Shown here: piece after piece, positions 21,572-32,292 of the stretch
Numbering within the stretch: the first letter of the stretch is position 1
Layout of the letters: each line of letters begins with the position of its first letter
Assembly (NCBI GenBank): GCA_965207445.1
Contig: CBDBLX010000002.1
Location: 1,303,849-1,367,848 of the forward strand
DNA length: 64,000 nucleotides
Direction: 5' to 3'
Source: Nitrosopumilus sp.
GTDB lineage: Archaea; Thermoproteota; Nitrososphaeria; Nitrososphaerales; Nitrosopumilaceae
Notes under the pieces: generated by a model
The model's input: the letters and a program-made list of their open reading frames with translations, nothing else
Told to the model about the DNA's origin: nothing
Database searches by the model: none
Made by a program: the position numbers and the translations under genes

Positions 21572-24163
21572 CTACCTTGACTCAAGTTGTGTCAGTACTT
21601 CTGCAATCTGCGGCCACAACGGACTGCTGTATTTTTCAGAGTTGGCGCGGGCCTCTGCTGCTGTCGTCGGGTTGTCGTGGGTAATCTCGCCAAAGGCAGC
21701 TAGAACGCGGTTCCATCTGTCCACGTGATCTGCGCCGTGATGCACCTGGGCCGCCTGCGCCCTTACCTTGGAGACGAGCTCCGGGTCTATGGCGGGCGGC
21801 GCGTCCGGCTTAGTCGGTACGTCCGGCGGTGTCTGCGGCTCGTCCTGTTCTGCCGCCGCCGCCTCTAGTAATGTCAGCACGTCTGCAACCTGCGGCCACA
21901 ACGGACTGCTGTATTTTTCAGAGTTGGCGCGGGCCTCTGCTGCTGTCGTCGGGTTGTCGTGGGTAATCTCGCCAAAGGCAGCTAGAACGCGGTTCCACCT
22001 CTCCACGTGTGCGTCGCCGTGCTGCACCTGGGCCGCCATCGCGGTCACATTGGCGATCAGCGCTGGATCTATGGCAACCACCGGGGGCTCTTGCACCTGC
22101 TGCAGTCCAAACGCCAAATCAGGAGGCGGCGTCATCTGCATCTCTTGCGGGGCCGTGCCGTTGCCGGCGTCTGGTATGTTCAGGGTCTCACTAGAATGTG
22201 TGCCTAGGGTGTAACCGATGCCTGTGTTTATCGTTAATGTGACGGTGTTGTTGCTGTCTACGATGTTGTCGTTGATTGTATCGACTTGAAGGGTGTAAGA
22301 GCCGCTTGTAGGAATTGTTATGGTACGCAAGCCGGTGTCAGATGCGTTGAGTATGTTGCCGGTGTCAGATAACGTCACGTTTACAGGCAACGGCGCCTGA
22401 AGGGGCTTGATAGAGTCTGCGCTTATCCCAAATGACACGGGTTCGCCTTCTACTCCATGACCGCTGATGTCAATTGACACTTTGGGAGGTGGAACCTCGG
22501 CAAACGATGCAAAGGGAGTTATGGTTCCAGATGATGAGTCATCTATCTGGTACGTCACACCTGACGGGGAACTGATCTTATAGCCAGTGCCTGGAAGCAG
22601 TGTTATCGTAACGGTGCCGCCTCCCTGGTTTCCAGCAGTCGGTCCTCTGATGGGAATGGAGCCGGCCGGACTTGCATTCTGGCCCGTTGCAATGGTGGTA
22701 GTAAAGTTGCCCGTCTCACTAGTGAGTAGATAATTGTTTGTCTGTGCCACGTTGTAGTTTATAGTAAGGTTCGAGCATGCCAGATATCCTGATTTGAACA
22801 GCCCACTGATCGGTATGTTGGCGCCAGAGTTCTCTCTTATTGCAAGTTCATTAGGAGATGTGGGTCTGTCTATGTATACTCCAGGGCCGTCAGGGTGCGG
22901 ACGCAGCTCTGTCAGTGTCATCCTCTGCCAGTTCTCATCGCCTCCACGTATCTGGTAGTTATTACCGTTGTCTACTAGTCTAAATTCAATCCAATTCTGA
23001 CCAGAGGGGTTGCAGTCCCTTACGGTATTCATCTGATGATAGTTAGTGCGGCCGTACACGTAGGCTGTGTGCGTATGCTCGTCGGGCGTGGCGAGTATGT
23101 GACCGCTGTCTTTAGTCTGGAACTTTACTGCCAGCGCAGAACTTGAGATGTGCGGTGGGTCCACGTGTATGGCTATCGTAACCTTGCGGCCCTCAAAATA
23201 GGAGCCTAACGGGCCCAGTGTGACGCACGGTTTGTCTTTGGTGCACGCATTGGACGGTGGGGGCGGGGGAGAATCATTGTCACGTACAGTAAAGGTGATG
23301 CTTTTCGAATTGGTCAGATAATAGTCCGGAAGTCCTTTGGTGCTCGGAAGCAGTGTTATCGTAACGGTACCATCAGACTCGACAGTGTCATCATCTATAG
23401 TAGTAAGTTCAAACCGGTGCATTCCTGTCGCGTTCACCTGCATGTCACCTGTCTGACCTGGAGATAGATAATTCCCACTGGCGGTGATTCGATAGTTGAG
23501 TTGACCTTCCCTATCCCCCAGAGTGAGGAACAATAGAACACTAATAGTGTCACCCTCAGTAATCGTCGTATCAAAGCCACCATTGCCAACCCTTAAACTC
23601 GGTATGGATGCGATTCTGGGTGGGGTGTTGTCGTCAGCAATTTTAAAAATTGGTGATATGCCATACGAGTATCTGGCGGAGTGTAAAATTTGGCCGCGCT
23701 CGTTTCGGCTTTGGCTTGACTCGCCCGGCGTCCCTCCGGCGTAAAAGTCATCGTAATTGTCAGCTATTTTGCTCCCACCAAGCCAGTAGACAGGAACTCC
23801 GGGGTATTGTGTAAATGTATGAGCTCTGATGTCGTCACGGTCAGTGTGACCAAAGTGCAACACTCGGAAATGCCCAGGATAAACAGTCCAGCCTGCATCT
23901 CTGACTAATTTTTGTATTTTCTGATCGGTAAATGAATGGCCCACTGATGGTGTAAATAGCAGTCTAAACGGATCGCCGGCATCTAGGCCAGCCGGAATAT
24001 AATTCCAATTTTGTGGTACCTCTATTACAGTTTGCGCATGAGCTTGCTCACTAGTTCCAAGTACGGCCACCGCGCCGAGTACTAGTAGAACTGTCAGTAT
24101 ACATGGCTTGTACAGCCACCCCCCCCCCCCCAACACATACTTTACATCACGCGATAATATCAT
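21572..24163 (-). CDS. Large secreted/surface protein with Calx-beta-like Ig domains and two C-terminal helical repeats
   Basis: Signal peptide; TIDDDTVESDGTVTITLLP repeats; duplicated ~70-aa RWNRVLAAFGE unit; first ATG at 24163 (TTG at 24175). Confidence 0.85.
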   Translation of the reverse strand: MILSRDVKYVLGGGGWLYKPCILTVLLVLGAVAVLGTSEQAHAQTVIEVPQNWNYIPAGLDAGDPFRLLFTPSVGHSFTDQKIQKLVRDAGWTVYPGHFRVLHFGHTDRDDIRAHTFTQYPGVPVYWLGGSKIADNYDDFYAGGTPGESSQSRNERGQILHSARYSYGISPIFKIADDNTPPRIASIPSLRVGNGGFDTTITEGDTISVLLFLTLGDREGQLNYRITASGNYLSPGQTGDMQVNATGMHRFELTTIDDDTVESDGTVTITLLPSTKGLPDYYLTNSKSITFTVRDNDSPPPPPSNACTKDKPCVTLGPLGSYFEGRKVTIAIHVDPPHISSSALAVKFQTKDSGHILATPDEHTHTAYVYGRTNYHQMNTVRDCNPSGQNWIEFRLVDNGNNYQIRGGDENWQRMTLTELRPHPDGPGVYIDRPTSPNELAIRENSGANIPISGLFKSGYLACSNLTINYNVAQTNNYLLTSETGNFTTTIATGQNASPAGSIPIRGPTAGNQGGGTVTITLLPGTGYKISSPSGVTYQIDDSSSGTITPFASFAEVPPPKVSIDISGHGVEGEPVSFGISADSIKPLQAPLPVNVTLSDTGNILNASDTGLRTITIPTSGSYTLQVDTINDNIVDSNNTVTLTINTGIGYTLGTHSSETLNIPDAGNGTAPQEMQMTPPPDLAFGLQQVQEPPVVAIDPALIANVTAMAAQVQHGDAHVERWNRVLAAFGEITHDNPTTAAEARANSEKYSSPLWPQVADVLTLLEAAAAEQDEPQTPPDVPTKPDAPPAIDPELVSKVRAQAAQVHHGADHVDRWNRVLAAFGEITHDNPTTAAEARANSEKYSSPLWPQIAEVLTQLESR

Positions 24164-24854
24164 GTATGGACTCAAGCAGAGTTGTATTTAAACTTACTCT
24201 AGACAACGGCGGTAACCTTTCTTATGCAACACGCTATTCAGATCGGCAGTGTTATAATTGTGTAAGGCGTAAGTATATTGCCGAAGGGTGGTGCGGTGTA
24301 TCACCTATGGAATGTACTTGCGGGGGGCTCCTCGCTGTACATTCTTGGCGTTCAACTTGGGTATACCTTGTAGCCATGACCCTCTACGACATTATTCTTG
24401 TTTCTTAGCTTGCTAAGGATAATGGTCCAGTACTTGTCAAATGAGTCATTATCTATGAGGTGCGGGGGGGGGGGGGGGAGGTGAACGCTTGCAACCTTTC
24501 ATTGTCACAAACGTCACCCAGAAGATGACATGTAAATTTTCCGGGCTTTATTATCAAACCATCGTTTTTAAAACAAATGTGTAGAGTCAGAAAATCATGT
24601 CACCATGATACATAAGAGACACAACATACGATGGTAGATGATGACTTGCTAGTGACCATACCGGATGTAAACGAATAGTGACAAGAGATGACACGCCGTA
24701 TAGTAAAGCAGGCACAAAAACATGGAAAAAACCCCATACGCAAGTTTGATACACTGGATGCAAGACACATAGTACGTGAAAAAAAAATAGGGCACGACCC
24801 TCCATAATCGCCCAACATGTTGGTGCTAGCATCAGTGCAATCAGTGCAACGCAT

Positions 24855-24962
24855 AATAGTTTCATTAAAGATCCGATAGTTTTCTAATATTTTGTATTCA
24901 TAATATGTGCTCAACTTCGAGATAAATATCAATCAAAATATCGGATCTTTAATCATATCAGT
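24855..24962. mobile_element. 108-bp element with subterminal IRs (family 3), copy 1
   Basis: ATTAAAGATCCGATA...TATCGGATCTTTAAT, flanked by ACGCAT/ACGCAT; inverted copy at 52550. Confidence 0.8.
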
Positions 24963-25339
24963 ACGCATATGGCGTGTTCAATGATCGTATAGGTTGTATT
25001 CTATACCACTCAAAACGTCATGGAAGACATCCCGGCATAGAGTCCATACTAGAGGAAAAATTTCACCAAAAGCGATGTCTGAACTGATTCACACATTGGA
25101 CTAATTGGTAATACTCATCACACTTGGCGTATGTCATACACCGTGACGTAAAAATTTAATCATTTTATGTCTAATTTACTGAAACAGCATCAGCAACAAC
25201 AACAGCATTATCATCATCCTACACTGACTACCAAAAATTGTTATTAGACAATGTCATAGGAATACATGTCACAACTCTATGGTGTGACATTATTTTCTGA
25301 CATCACTACACATATCATCATCATTTACCACAACGTGCT

Positions 25340-26857
25340 TTAAGGTAAATCAAGTGTAGGTAGAGTAATGCCATAAAATATTGGATAATTGGTTAATGTG
25401 ACGTCCCCGTGTGCAAAACCCCATACAGTTATTGTGTATACACCGGGTCCGTGCTCTAATAAAATGTGTGAAATATTAGCCGTTACATCCAAGTGTTCTG
25501 ATGATTGATTCCACTCTTCTGCAACAACAAATGGAATCGTACGTTTGAGCGCAATTGCAGGGTTTTCACTTGCATGTTTAGCTTGTGTGTGAGCCGCATG
25601 TGCCTCGTCAACTGATTTTGGTGCAGGTATGCCGTGAAATATGCGATATGGGTCAGGACAGTCAAATGAGACTAATTCTTGATAAGTGGTGTCAAGATAG
25701 CGTGAGCCTGGGTCTGGTGGTGATAAAATAGTGGCTACTGAGAGACCATGATCATAACAATATGTGTTGGCGATCTGACCTTGTGTAAGATTGCGTGGGG
25801 GTGGGTCATATGTTACTAGTATAGAGGTATCGGATGAAACTCTAATGTCATTTTTTGTATCAAGTGAAAATGACAGTATGCCATCATTTATTGAAGGTTT
25901 TTGGGAAAATAACACATAATCATACTCAAAGTGCTGTACAATCATCATATTGTAATCATTCCATGCTAGTCCGATGTTTAAAAATTTGTGATGAGGATCA
26001 AGTATGTTATCACGGTGCCCTGGACTTGTCATAAATGATTGGACTGACTCTTGTACGTGTGATCTTGGTGATATTCTCATATAATTTTCTGATGCTTTTA
26101 TGCAATATGACAAACCCTGGACGTTCTCTGCATTGTGTTGATGTCCTCCTGCAAGTGCGTATCGCATGTATGGTTTGAGTCCGTCAACACCCCAGTGCCC
26201 AGTTACGCAGTTATCTAGCATTGAGTTTGCATGATATTGAGCAGCTTTATTTTTTCCAAGTTTAACTGGTTCAAGTCCTAAAAATGTACGCTCATCATTT
26301 ACAAGTTCAAGCATGTACAACTTTAGATCAGATGTGAGATCATCTGCAGATCTATCAGAGTTGATGGATTTTATCTGTGATTCTGTATTGGTGCGCTGTG
26401 CGATAATCTCTGCTGGGTTGATCTTTTGTGTGTCAGCAGGCTCTACTGTAATGTCATCGGCATGCTCTGAGGCAGTATGGGTATTTGATAACAAGTCTGC
26501 ATCATCTAGAGTATTTTTTTGTGCGTCAGTATCATCTGCAATTACATTTTTTTCAAGGGGTACTTTTTCATCTATATCTTCATTTACATTATAATTTACA
26601 AGTTTCATAATTATATCATTATCGTATACTAGTACTGCTGAGAAAAGTGAAATGGATACTAGTACAGTTATAATAATTGCCACTTTGTGATTCTTTTTAG
26701 TGGCATGGCCATGTTGGTGTGATTTATGTCCATGTGATTTATGTCCATGTGATTTATGTCCATCTGGTCTATATTTATGTGATCTATATTTGTATGGTAC
26801 ATATCTTCTTCTTCCTCCTCTTCTTTCATCCCCACTCCCTCCTGACCTTTTATCCAA
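25340..26857 (-). CDS. Membrane-anchored CAP (SCP) domain protein
   Basis: LVNDER, AAQYHANSM, AEN, SPGHRDNIL, IGLAW; TM helix after a His/Arg-rich N-tail. Confidence 0.88.
   Translation of the reverse strand: MDKRSGGSGDERRGGRRRYVPYKYRSHKYRPDGHKSHGHKSHGHKSHQHGHATKKNHKVAIIITVLVSISLFSAVLVYDNDIIMKLVNYNVNEDIDEKVPLEKNVIADDTDAQKNTLDDADLLSNTHTASEHADDITVEPADTQKINPAEIIAQRTNTESQIKSINSDRSADDLTSDLKLYMLELVNDERTFLGLEPVKLGKNKAAQYHANSMLDNCVTGHWGVDGLKPYMRYALAGGHQHNAENVQGLSYCIKASENYMRISPRSHVQESVQSFMTSPGHRDNILDPHHKFLNIGLAWNDYNMMIVQHFEYDYVLFSQKPSINDGILSFSLDTKNDIRVSSDTSILVTYDPPPRNLTQGQIANTYCYDHGLSVATILSPPDPGSRYLDTTYQELVSFDCPDPYRIFHGIPAPKSVDEAHAAHTQAKHASENPAIALKRTIPFVVAEEWNQSSEHLDVTANISHILLEHGPGVYTITVWGFAHGDVTLTNYPIFYGITLPTLDLP
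26713..26763. repeat. 15-bp tandem repeat encoding (GHKSH)n
   Basis: TGTGATTTATGTCCA x3. Confidence 0.85.
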
Positions 26858-27137
26858 TGATAAATTACCTTGTAAAAATTATATCTACTTTTCTGTCAAC
26901 TAGACAACAAAAGACTAGAAAACAAATACATGACCGTTTCTATAGTTGTTCAAATAATTGACAAACACGCACATAGATTTTAGCAAATGTACATTCATAC
27001 GAGACTAATGACCATCTATGCGAAACTGATTAGCAATACAAAAATGCAAAAATCTCAGATATTGTTTTAATTACCATATATGATATCTCTTTTTTATGAA
27101 TTTGCTCAGGTGTCTACTGTCACAAACAGATAAACTA

Positions 27138-28043
27138 CTAGATTGATACACCTGAAATCTTCTCAAAAGAATCGACATATCGCATGGTCATCTTTGATAC
27201 AACCTCAGCAGGAATTGTTGGTGCTGTGGGTGTTTTACCTGCAATATGGTCTTGCTCAAATTGTGCTTTGTATCCGTTATCTGTCAACCAATCACGAAGT
27301 ATCTGTTTGTCATACGAATTTTGAGTACGACTAGGCTCAAACGTATCTTTTGGCCACAATCTATACTCATCAGGACCAATAGAGTCACCTAACACTATTG
27401 CATCAACATCACAGTCACTCAACTCTGAACCATTACAATTGATATATTCTGCCAAGACGCCAAACTCTAATTTCAAGTCAGCTAGTATGAATCCTGCAGA
27501 ATTAGCAATTGCTGCCATCTTTTCATATATGAGTATGGATTTTTTTTCTAACCAATCATACTGTACATCAGATATGATACCCATCTCAATTGCAGTTTTT
27601 TTGTCAATTGGTATGTCGTGTTCTGATTTTGTAGTAGGATCAAATATTGGATTAGGTAGTTTGGATGCCAAGACCATGTCTGCATCATTATCATCATTAT
27701 CATCATCATTGGATATTGACACTTTACCTGCCTTCCATCTATCATACAAACTACCATAAAGATAACCTCGTACCACGCACTCAATTGGTAACATCTTCAT
27801 CTTTTTTACTATAATATCTACATTGGATTCCCGTCGTACAAAGTGGTTAGGAATATCCAGCTTTTCAAACCAAAACTCTGCAAACCTACACAGAACCTCA
27901 CCCTTGCGGGGGATATCTTGACTGAACTTTACATCGTATGCAGATACACGATCAGAGAACCTAAACATCAAACAATCAGGTATATGATCAAGTGTATATA
28001 TGTCCTTGACCTTGCCGCCACTAAGAAACTGCATGTTTGTCAT
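27138..28043 (-). CDS. purC: SAICAR synthetase
   Basis: GKVKDIY, SDRVSAYD, IECVVRGY, DLKLEFG, DKQILRDW. Confidence 0.95.
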   Translation of the reverse strand: MTNMQFLSGGKVKDIYTLDHIPDCLMFRFSDRVSAYDVKFSQDIPRKGEVLCRFAEFWFEKLDIPNHFVRRESNVDIIVKKMKMLPIECVVRGYLYGSLYDRWKAGKVSISNDDDNDDNDADMVLASKLPNPIFDPTTKSEHDIPIDKKTAIEMGIISDVQYDWLEKKSILIYEKMAAIANSAGFILADLKLEFGVLAEYINCNGSELSDCDVDAIVLGDSIGPDEYRLWPKDTFEPSRTQNSYDKQILRDWLTDNGYKAQFEQDHIAGKTPTAPTIPAEVVSKMTMRYVDSFEKISGVSI

Positions 28044-28459
28044 GTGTTAAAGGCTGATTTAATCACTACTATAGTGATGTTTGTAAATTCTGACACAACA
28101 GGTGGGAATTATATACTTGTGTAGCACAATAATATAATCAGTTAAATGCATCTTTGGGTAGCCAGTAGACATACACCTTGTGACACAGTCCGGAATATTG
28201 AAGAGCCGTAGGGATGGTTGTGTCCAAGGTAGCCGATGGCAGTGCATGTGATGCCATAACAGATATTTTAAATGTTAAAATGTGGATAATGATGAATAAC
28301 TCACGTTGAATCAGGGAGGCGACTGCAGTCTCGTTGAATTCTCATCTTATACATGATCACCGAGAGTCGGATTGGTACAATATGCCTGTCAAGATACTGT
28401 GGACGATCGACTGACGTGCTTTGAAAAAGATGATATATACATAAAGTACATACATAATC

Positions 28460-28807
28460 ATGTCTGAAGACAAAGACTCAGACTTGCAGCATTTTGGTGG
28501 TGAGCGTTGGAAGCAGTTGTATAGAGATCAACTGACACTTGATGATAGCACTATGCCAATTCGTAGCTCAAGTTGGGAAGCAATCAGCTCATTGTACAAA
28601 GAACGACTTAAAGATACATTCGAGACTCGATATCTAGATAAATCATTAATCCTTAAGAATCGTAAAGGTAGCCCATTGTTTGAACTTGTATTTTGTACTG
28701 GCAGTACAAGGAGAAGCGCAATTTTGGCTTCTCATCGCATTGCCAAATATATCATAGATTATGAGACACATAGTACAAATACTAAAGCCGACGTCAATTC
28801 CGGATAA
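28460..28807 (+). pseudogene. C-terminal fragment of three-Cys-motif partner protein TcmP-like methyltransferase
   Basis: FGGERW..LYKERL..KNRKGSPLFELVFC; directly upstream of DUF5131; N-terminal part absent. Confidence 0.65.
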
Positions 28808-28827
28808 CAGACTTTGGATGTGTAAAA

Positions 28828-29577
28828 ATGGCTTCAAAATCAGGCATTCAATGGACCGACGCAACATGGAATCCTGCCACAGGGTGCTCCAAGGTTTCGC
28901 CGGGATGCAAAAACTGTTACGCAGAGACGCTGGCTTATAGACTGCAGCGCATGGGTCAATCAAAATACAAAAACGGATTCAAATACACTGAGCACACATC
29001 TAGCATTGAACTCCCTCTCAAGTGGAAAAAGCCAAGAAAAATATTTGTCAACAGTATGTCCGACATGTTTCACGAGGAGTCGGATCAGACATTTGTGGCA
29101 AGATGTTTTGATGTTATGATCAAGGCAAACTGGCACACATATCAGATATTAACAAAAAGACCACGTCGCATGATGGAGTTTTCAAAAATGTTTTACAGGT
29201 ATTTTGGATTCAACATTCCCAAGCATATGTGGATGGGCACAAGTGTTGAAAGTCAGAACTACACTCACAGAATAAATGAATTGCGACAAGTACATTGTGA
29301 GACGCGGTTTGTGAGCTTTGAACCACTACTTGGCCTCATTACCGACCTAGATCTTTCACACATAGACTGGGCGATTATTGGAGGAGAAAGTGGCAAGGGT
29401 TACCGTCCTGTGCAAAAAGAATGGATATTGCAAATTGTCTCACAGTGTCGCCAGCAAGACGTGCGCGTGTTTTTCAAACAGTGGGGAGGAATCAGGCCAA
29501 AATCTGGAGGAAGAGAGATCGATGGTACGGAGTACAATGAGTACCCCGACACGAAATACGCAATACCGAGTACATAA
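28828..29577 (+). CDS. DUF5131 (phage Gp37/Gp68, three-Cys radical-SAM-like) protein
   Basis: IQWTDATWNP, CSKVSPGCKNCYA, FVNSMSD, LTKRP, GGESG, FFKQWGG. Confidence 0.92.
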   Translation: MASKSGIQWTDATWNPATGCSKVSPGCKNCYAETLAYRLQRMGQSKYKNGFKYTEHTSSIELPLKWKKPRKIFVNSMSDMFHEESDQTFVARCFDVMIKANWHTYQILTKRPRRMMEFSKMFYRYFGFNIPKHMWMGTSVESQNYTHRINELRQVHCETRFVSFEPLLGLITDLDLSHIDWAIIGGESGKGYRPVQKEWILQIVSQCRQQDVRVFFKQWGGIRPKSGGREIDGTEYNEYPDTKYAIPST

Positions 29578-29874
29578 TGCTGGCATAGAAACGTATGGCA
29601 CAGTAACGTTCACAAAGTAGCAAGCGTCCAAGACGTTGTAACAAGACATATACAAATTTGGACATATGTTTACATCATGGAGAACTTCTCAAGCCCCGTC
29701 TTTGCAGGCTTTCAATTCTTTGACTCAAACTCTTCGGGCAGTTCAGATATGAGACGGTCTGCTTCCATACTGACATATAACAGCCTCCGTATTATGAGCT
29801 CAACTTCATTTCCAGATGTGCCTTCAAGAGGCCAATTTTCTATACCCGCGTCATCATCTGTGCTTACACCATAT

Positions 29875-31264
29875 CAGTAGTTCGCAATGTGTTTTATATG
29901 ATTTTATTTAAATAATCTGCAATGTCGTTGAACGTTGATGATCATATTTGATCAGATCAAATAGAAAGTATAATATGTGGGGACATTTTAGTACCTCTGA
30001 TAATATATGAAAAATGAGGTACTAGAACATCAATATGAATTAGGACAAGTAAATTATAAAGTTTTACGAAAACGATTCGACGATCTCGGACTAGACATAT
30101 CAACCAGATATAACCACACGTATGAGGTGGATGATTATCTTGGTACACTTGTCACCATGTCACTCAACAACATGTGCGTAAATGCAGCAACACACAAAAG
30201 AAAACGCAATGAGGCTAACTATTTTAGAAAAAACGAGCGCATAAACATACCATCTGAAAATACTGTGCTCAAATGCCTAAAAAGTGCAGATCTAGAGAAA
30301 GTAAAACAATGGGGTGACGAGAATGTCAAAGCAATGCTCAAGAATGCCAAAAAACACAACATGTTCAAAAAAGGTGGTACTATTGCAATTGATATGACCG
30401 GATGGGAATATTATGGCAAGGCACTCAAACCCGAGATGCTAAAAACAAAGCCCAAAAATGGTACTGCGAGATTTCATTCATTTATGACGGCACAAATGGT
30501 AAATCAAGCAGGTAACATACCTTTGTTTGCACATCGTGTGACCAGTAAGGATAAAATGGTCACAGTCATGCGTAAAATCATTGAAAAATTAATTCGAGAG
30601 GATGCACGTCCGGAACTTGGCCTCTTTGATCGGGGTTTTTACAATGTTGCATGCATAGATGAACTTTTGCGCTTGCGCCTGTCTTTCATAATGCCGGCAA
30701 TTAAAAATAAGCGCATACAAAAATATATTTTAGAAGTTCACAACAAAAAGAGAAAAACTGCATCAGTCATTGAGATGCGTGATAAAAACAAAAAAGCAGT
30801 AAAGTTCACATTACTTATCGTCAAAAAAAATAATGCCAAAGAAACTGATAAAACAGTCGATCAGTATGTGGCATTTGCCACAAATATGAAAATCACTAGC
30901 AAAAGCAAACTCATCAAAACCATCCCAGAGACTTATCGCAAGCGCTGGATAATAGAGACTGGATACAGAGTGATAAAAAACACGACTCCAAAGACAACTA
31001 GCAACGCCTTGCAGCTTCGATTACTGTTGATATTTTTTGGAATGTTATTATATGGTTTATGGGTAATGGCAAGGTACGAAAATTACGGCGGACTTGTAGA
31101 TGAAAAATTATTCACAATGGATGCGTTTGTAGATTCAATTGCCGGTTCAATCAGAAGACTGCTTCGGTGGGAATTGGAGCACGGTGGTTCCTTACCATTG
31201 TAAATCTATCGTACTGCATAATTAGAAATAAGATCATTAAAATTGAGCACATTGCGAACTACTG
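29875..31264 (+). mobile_element. ISH3/IS4-family element, intact
   Basis: Perfect 17-bp TIR CAGTAGTTCGCAATGTG; 4-bp TSD ATAT. Confidence 0.92.
30007..31203 (+). CDS. ISH3/IS4-family DDE transposase
   Basis: IAIDMT, LFDRGFY, YRKRWIIETGYR. Confidence 0.92.
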   Translation: MKNEVLEHQYELGQVNYKVLRKRFDDLGLDISTRYNHTYEVDDYLGTLVTMSLNNMCVNAATHKRKRNEANYFRKNERINIPSENTVLKCLKSADLEKVKQWGDENVKAMLKNAKKHNMFKKGGTIAIDMTGWEYYGKALKPEMLKTKPKNGTARFHSFMTAQMVNQAGNIPLFAHRVTSKDKMVTVMRKIIEKLIREDARPELGLFDRGFYNVACIDELLRLRLSFIMPAIKNKRIQKYILEVHNKKRKTASVIEMRDKNKKAVKFTLLIVKKNNAKETDKTVDQYVAFATNMKITSKSKLIKTIPETYRKRWIIETGYRVIKNTTPKTTSNALQLRLLLIFFGMLLYGLWVMARYENYGGLVDEKLFTMDAFVDSIAGSIRRLLRWELEHGGSLPL

Positions 31265-31657
31265 ATATACCTGTCAACAAACCAACCGAGTAAAGTCCTA
31301 CCATTTATCATATAATCGCATATTGGTAGATCGTCGTATACTATCACATCGTCAATCTTTAAGACATGTTGGTTAAGCGGGTTCTCCTGCAAACGCGGTT
31401 GGTGGCAATTAATACAGATTTGAACCGTTGCGGTCAATCCGGACACGTAACTAGTATTTTATCACCACGTATGATAAACTTCAAACTCTCGGGGGTTACC
31501 GAGTTTGGCAAGGACCGGCTTTGGAATGTACGAGTAACTGGTTTACTCTTTTCACGTTGTGGGTTATGGATACTTGGAATTCAGTTAGGCATTGGCAGGC
31601 TCATTTAGTCATGTTTGCTATTATCAATCCAACATTAACGTCACTGATATCGGATTG

Positions 31658-31738
31658 GTAACCGTTCAACCCCCTCCAAAATTTAGGTACAGATTCATTG
31701 CCTAACATCTGGAACAGACACGAGGGTTGAACGGTTAC
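31658..31738. mobile_element. 81-bp MITE family 1, copy D
   Basis: GTAACCGTTCAACCC...GGGTTGAACGGTTAC; no TSD. Confidence 0.85.
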
Positions 31739-31919
31739 CTTAGTTACGTACCCTCAATTTATATGCGCGCTTAATAATAAATGTTGTCCTTTTAGTCAAT
31801 TTTTTTTTTGAGTATATTGAATCTAGGACTCGCACAATTGCGACCAACTGCCATACATGGAGACAATTGTCCATGCAGTGCGCTATTGCATGATGTGAGT
31901 CTAAAAAAGCTCGGCCGTC

Positions 31920-31974
31920 TGCGGATTTTTAATGCGTTTGGCCCCTTACAATATCGTCACTTTTTGAACTACTG
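31920..31974 (-). repeat. Solitary left end of the 3127-4304 IS family
   Basis: Reverse complement CAGTAGTTCAAAAAGTGACG...CGCATTAAAAATCCGC matches 3127-3180. Confidence 0.75.
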
Positions 31975-32137
31975 ACATGGATTTCAGTAGAGACTTTGAT
32001 TCATACCATGAATTCACACCAGCGCTAAATGTGCTCATGACACATGAGATCTACTGCATTATTTTCAATTCATGATTTCCTGTAAGACATAAGGGCCGGG
32101 GGGGGGGGGGGGGTGTTGTTCAAACCATATCAATTCA

Positions 32138-32287
32138 TCAACGAAACAAGTTGCTTATTATCACAACCGCGGATTCGATAAACATCCCAAGTCCAGCAAG
32201 CGCCAGCATGAAGACTACGACAAAGCCAAACTTGCTCCAGAAAAAGTCAGTGACCGTTTTTTTAAAAGAAGAAAAAGTCATTTTCAT
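32138..32287 (-). CDS. 49-aa single-TM peptide, absent from the ORF track
   Basis: MKMTFSSFKKTVTDFFWSKFGFVVVFMLALAGLGMFIESAVVIISNLFR*, starting 5 nt after the stop of 32293-33030. Confidence 0.6.
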   Translation of the reverse strand: MKMTFSSFKKTVTDFFWSKFGFVVVFMLALAGLGMFIESAVVIISNLFR

Positions 32288-32292
32288 CCTTC

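Larger units (their letters stand above)
29712..31400 (-). pseudogene. C-terminal remnant of a type ISP R-M enzyme interrupted by ISH3
   Basis: Removing the IS and one TSD joins YMINGRTLLGWFVDRY to GVSTDDDAGIENWP..LIIRRLLYVSMEADRLISELP. Confidence 0.7.

Noticed and set aside
24480..25200. Possible IS66-like transposase remnant around the 108-bp element
   Set aside because: Only faint motif echoes across many stops; cannot be supported
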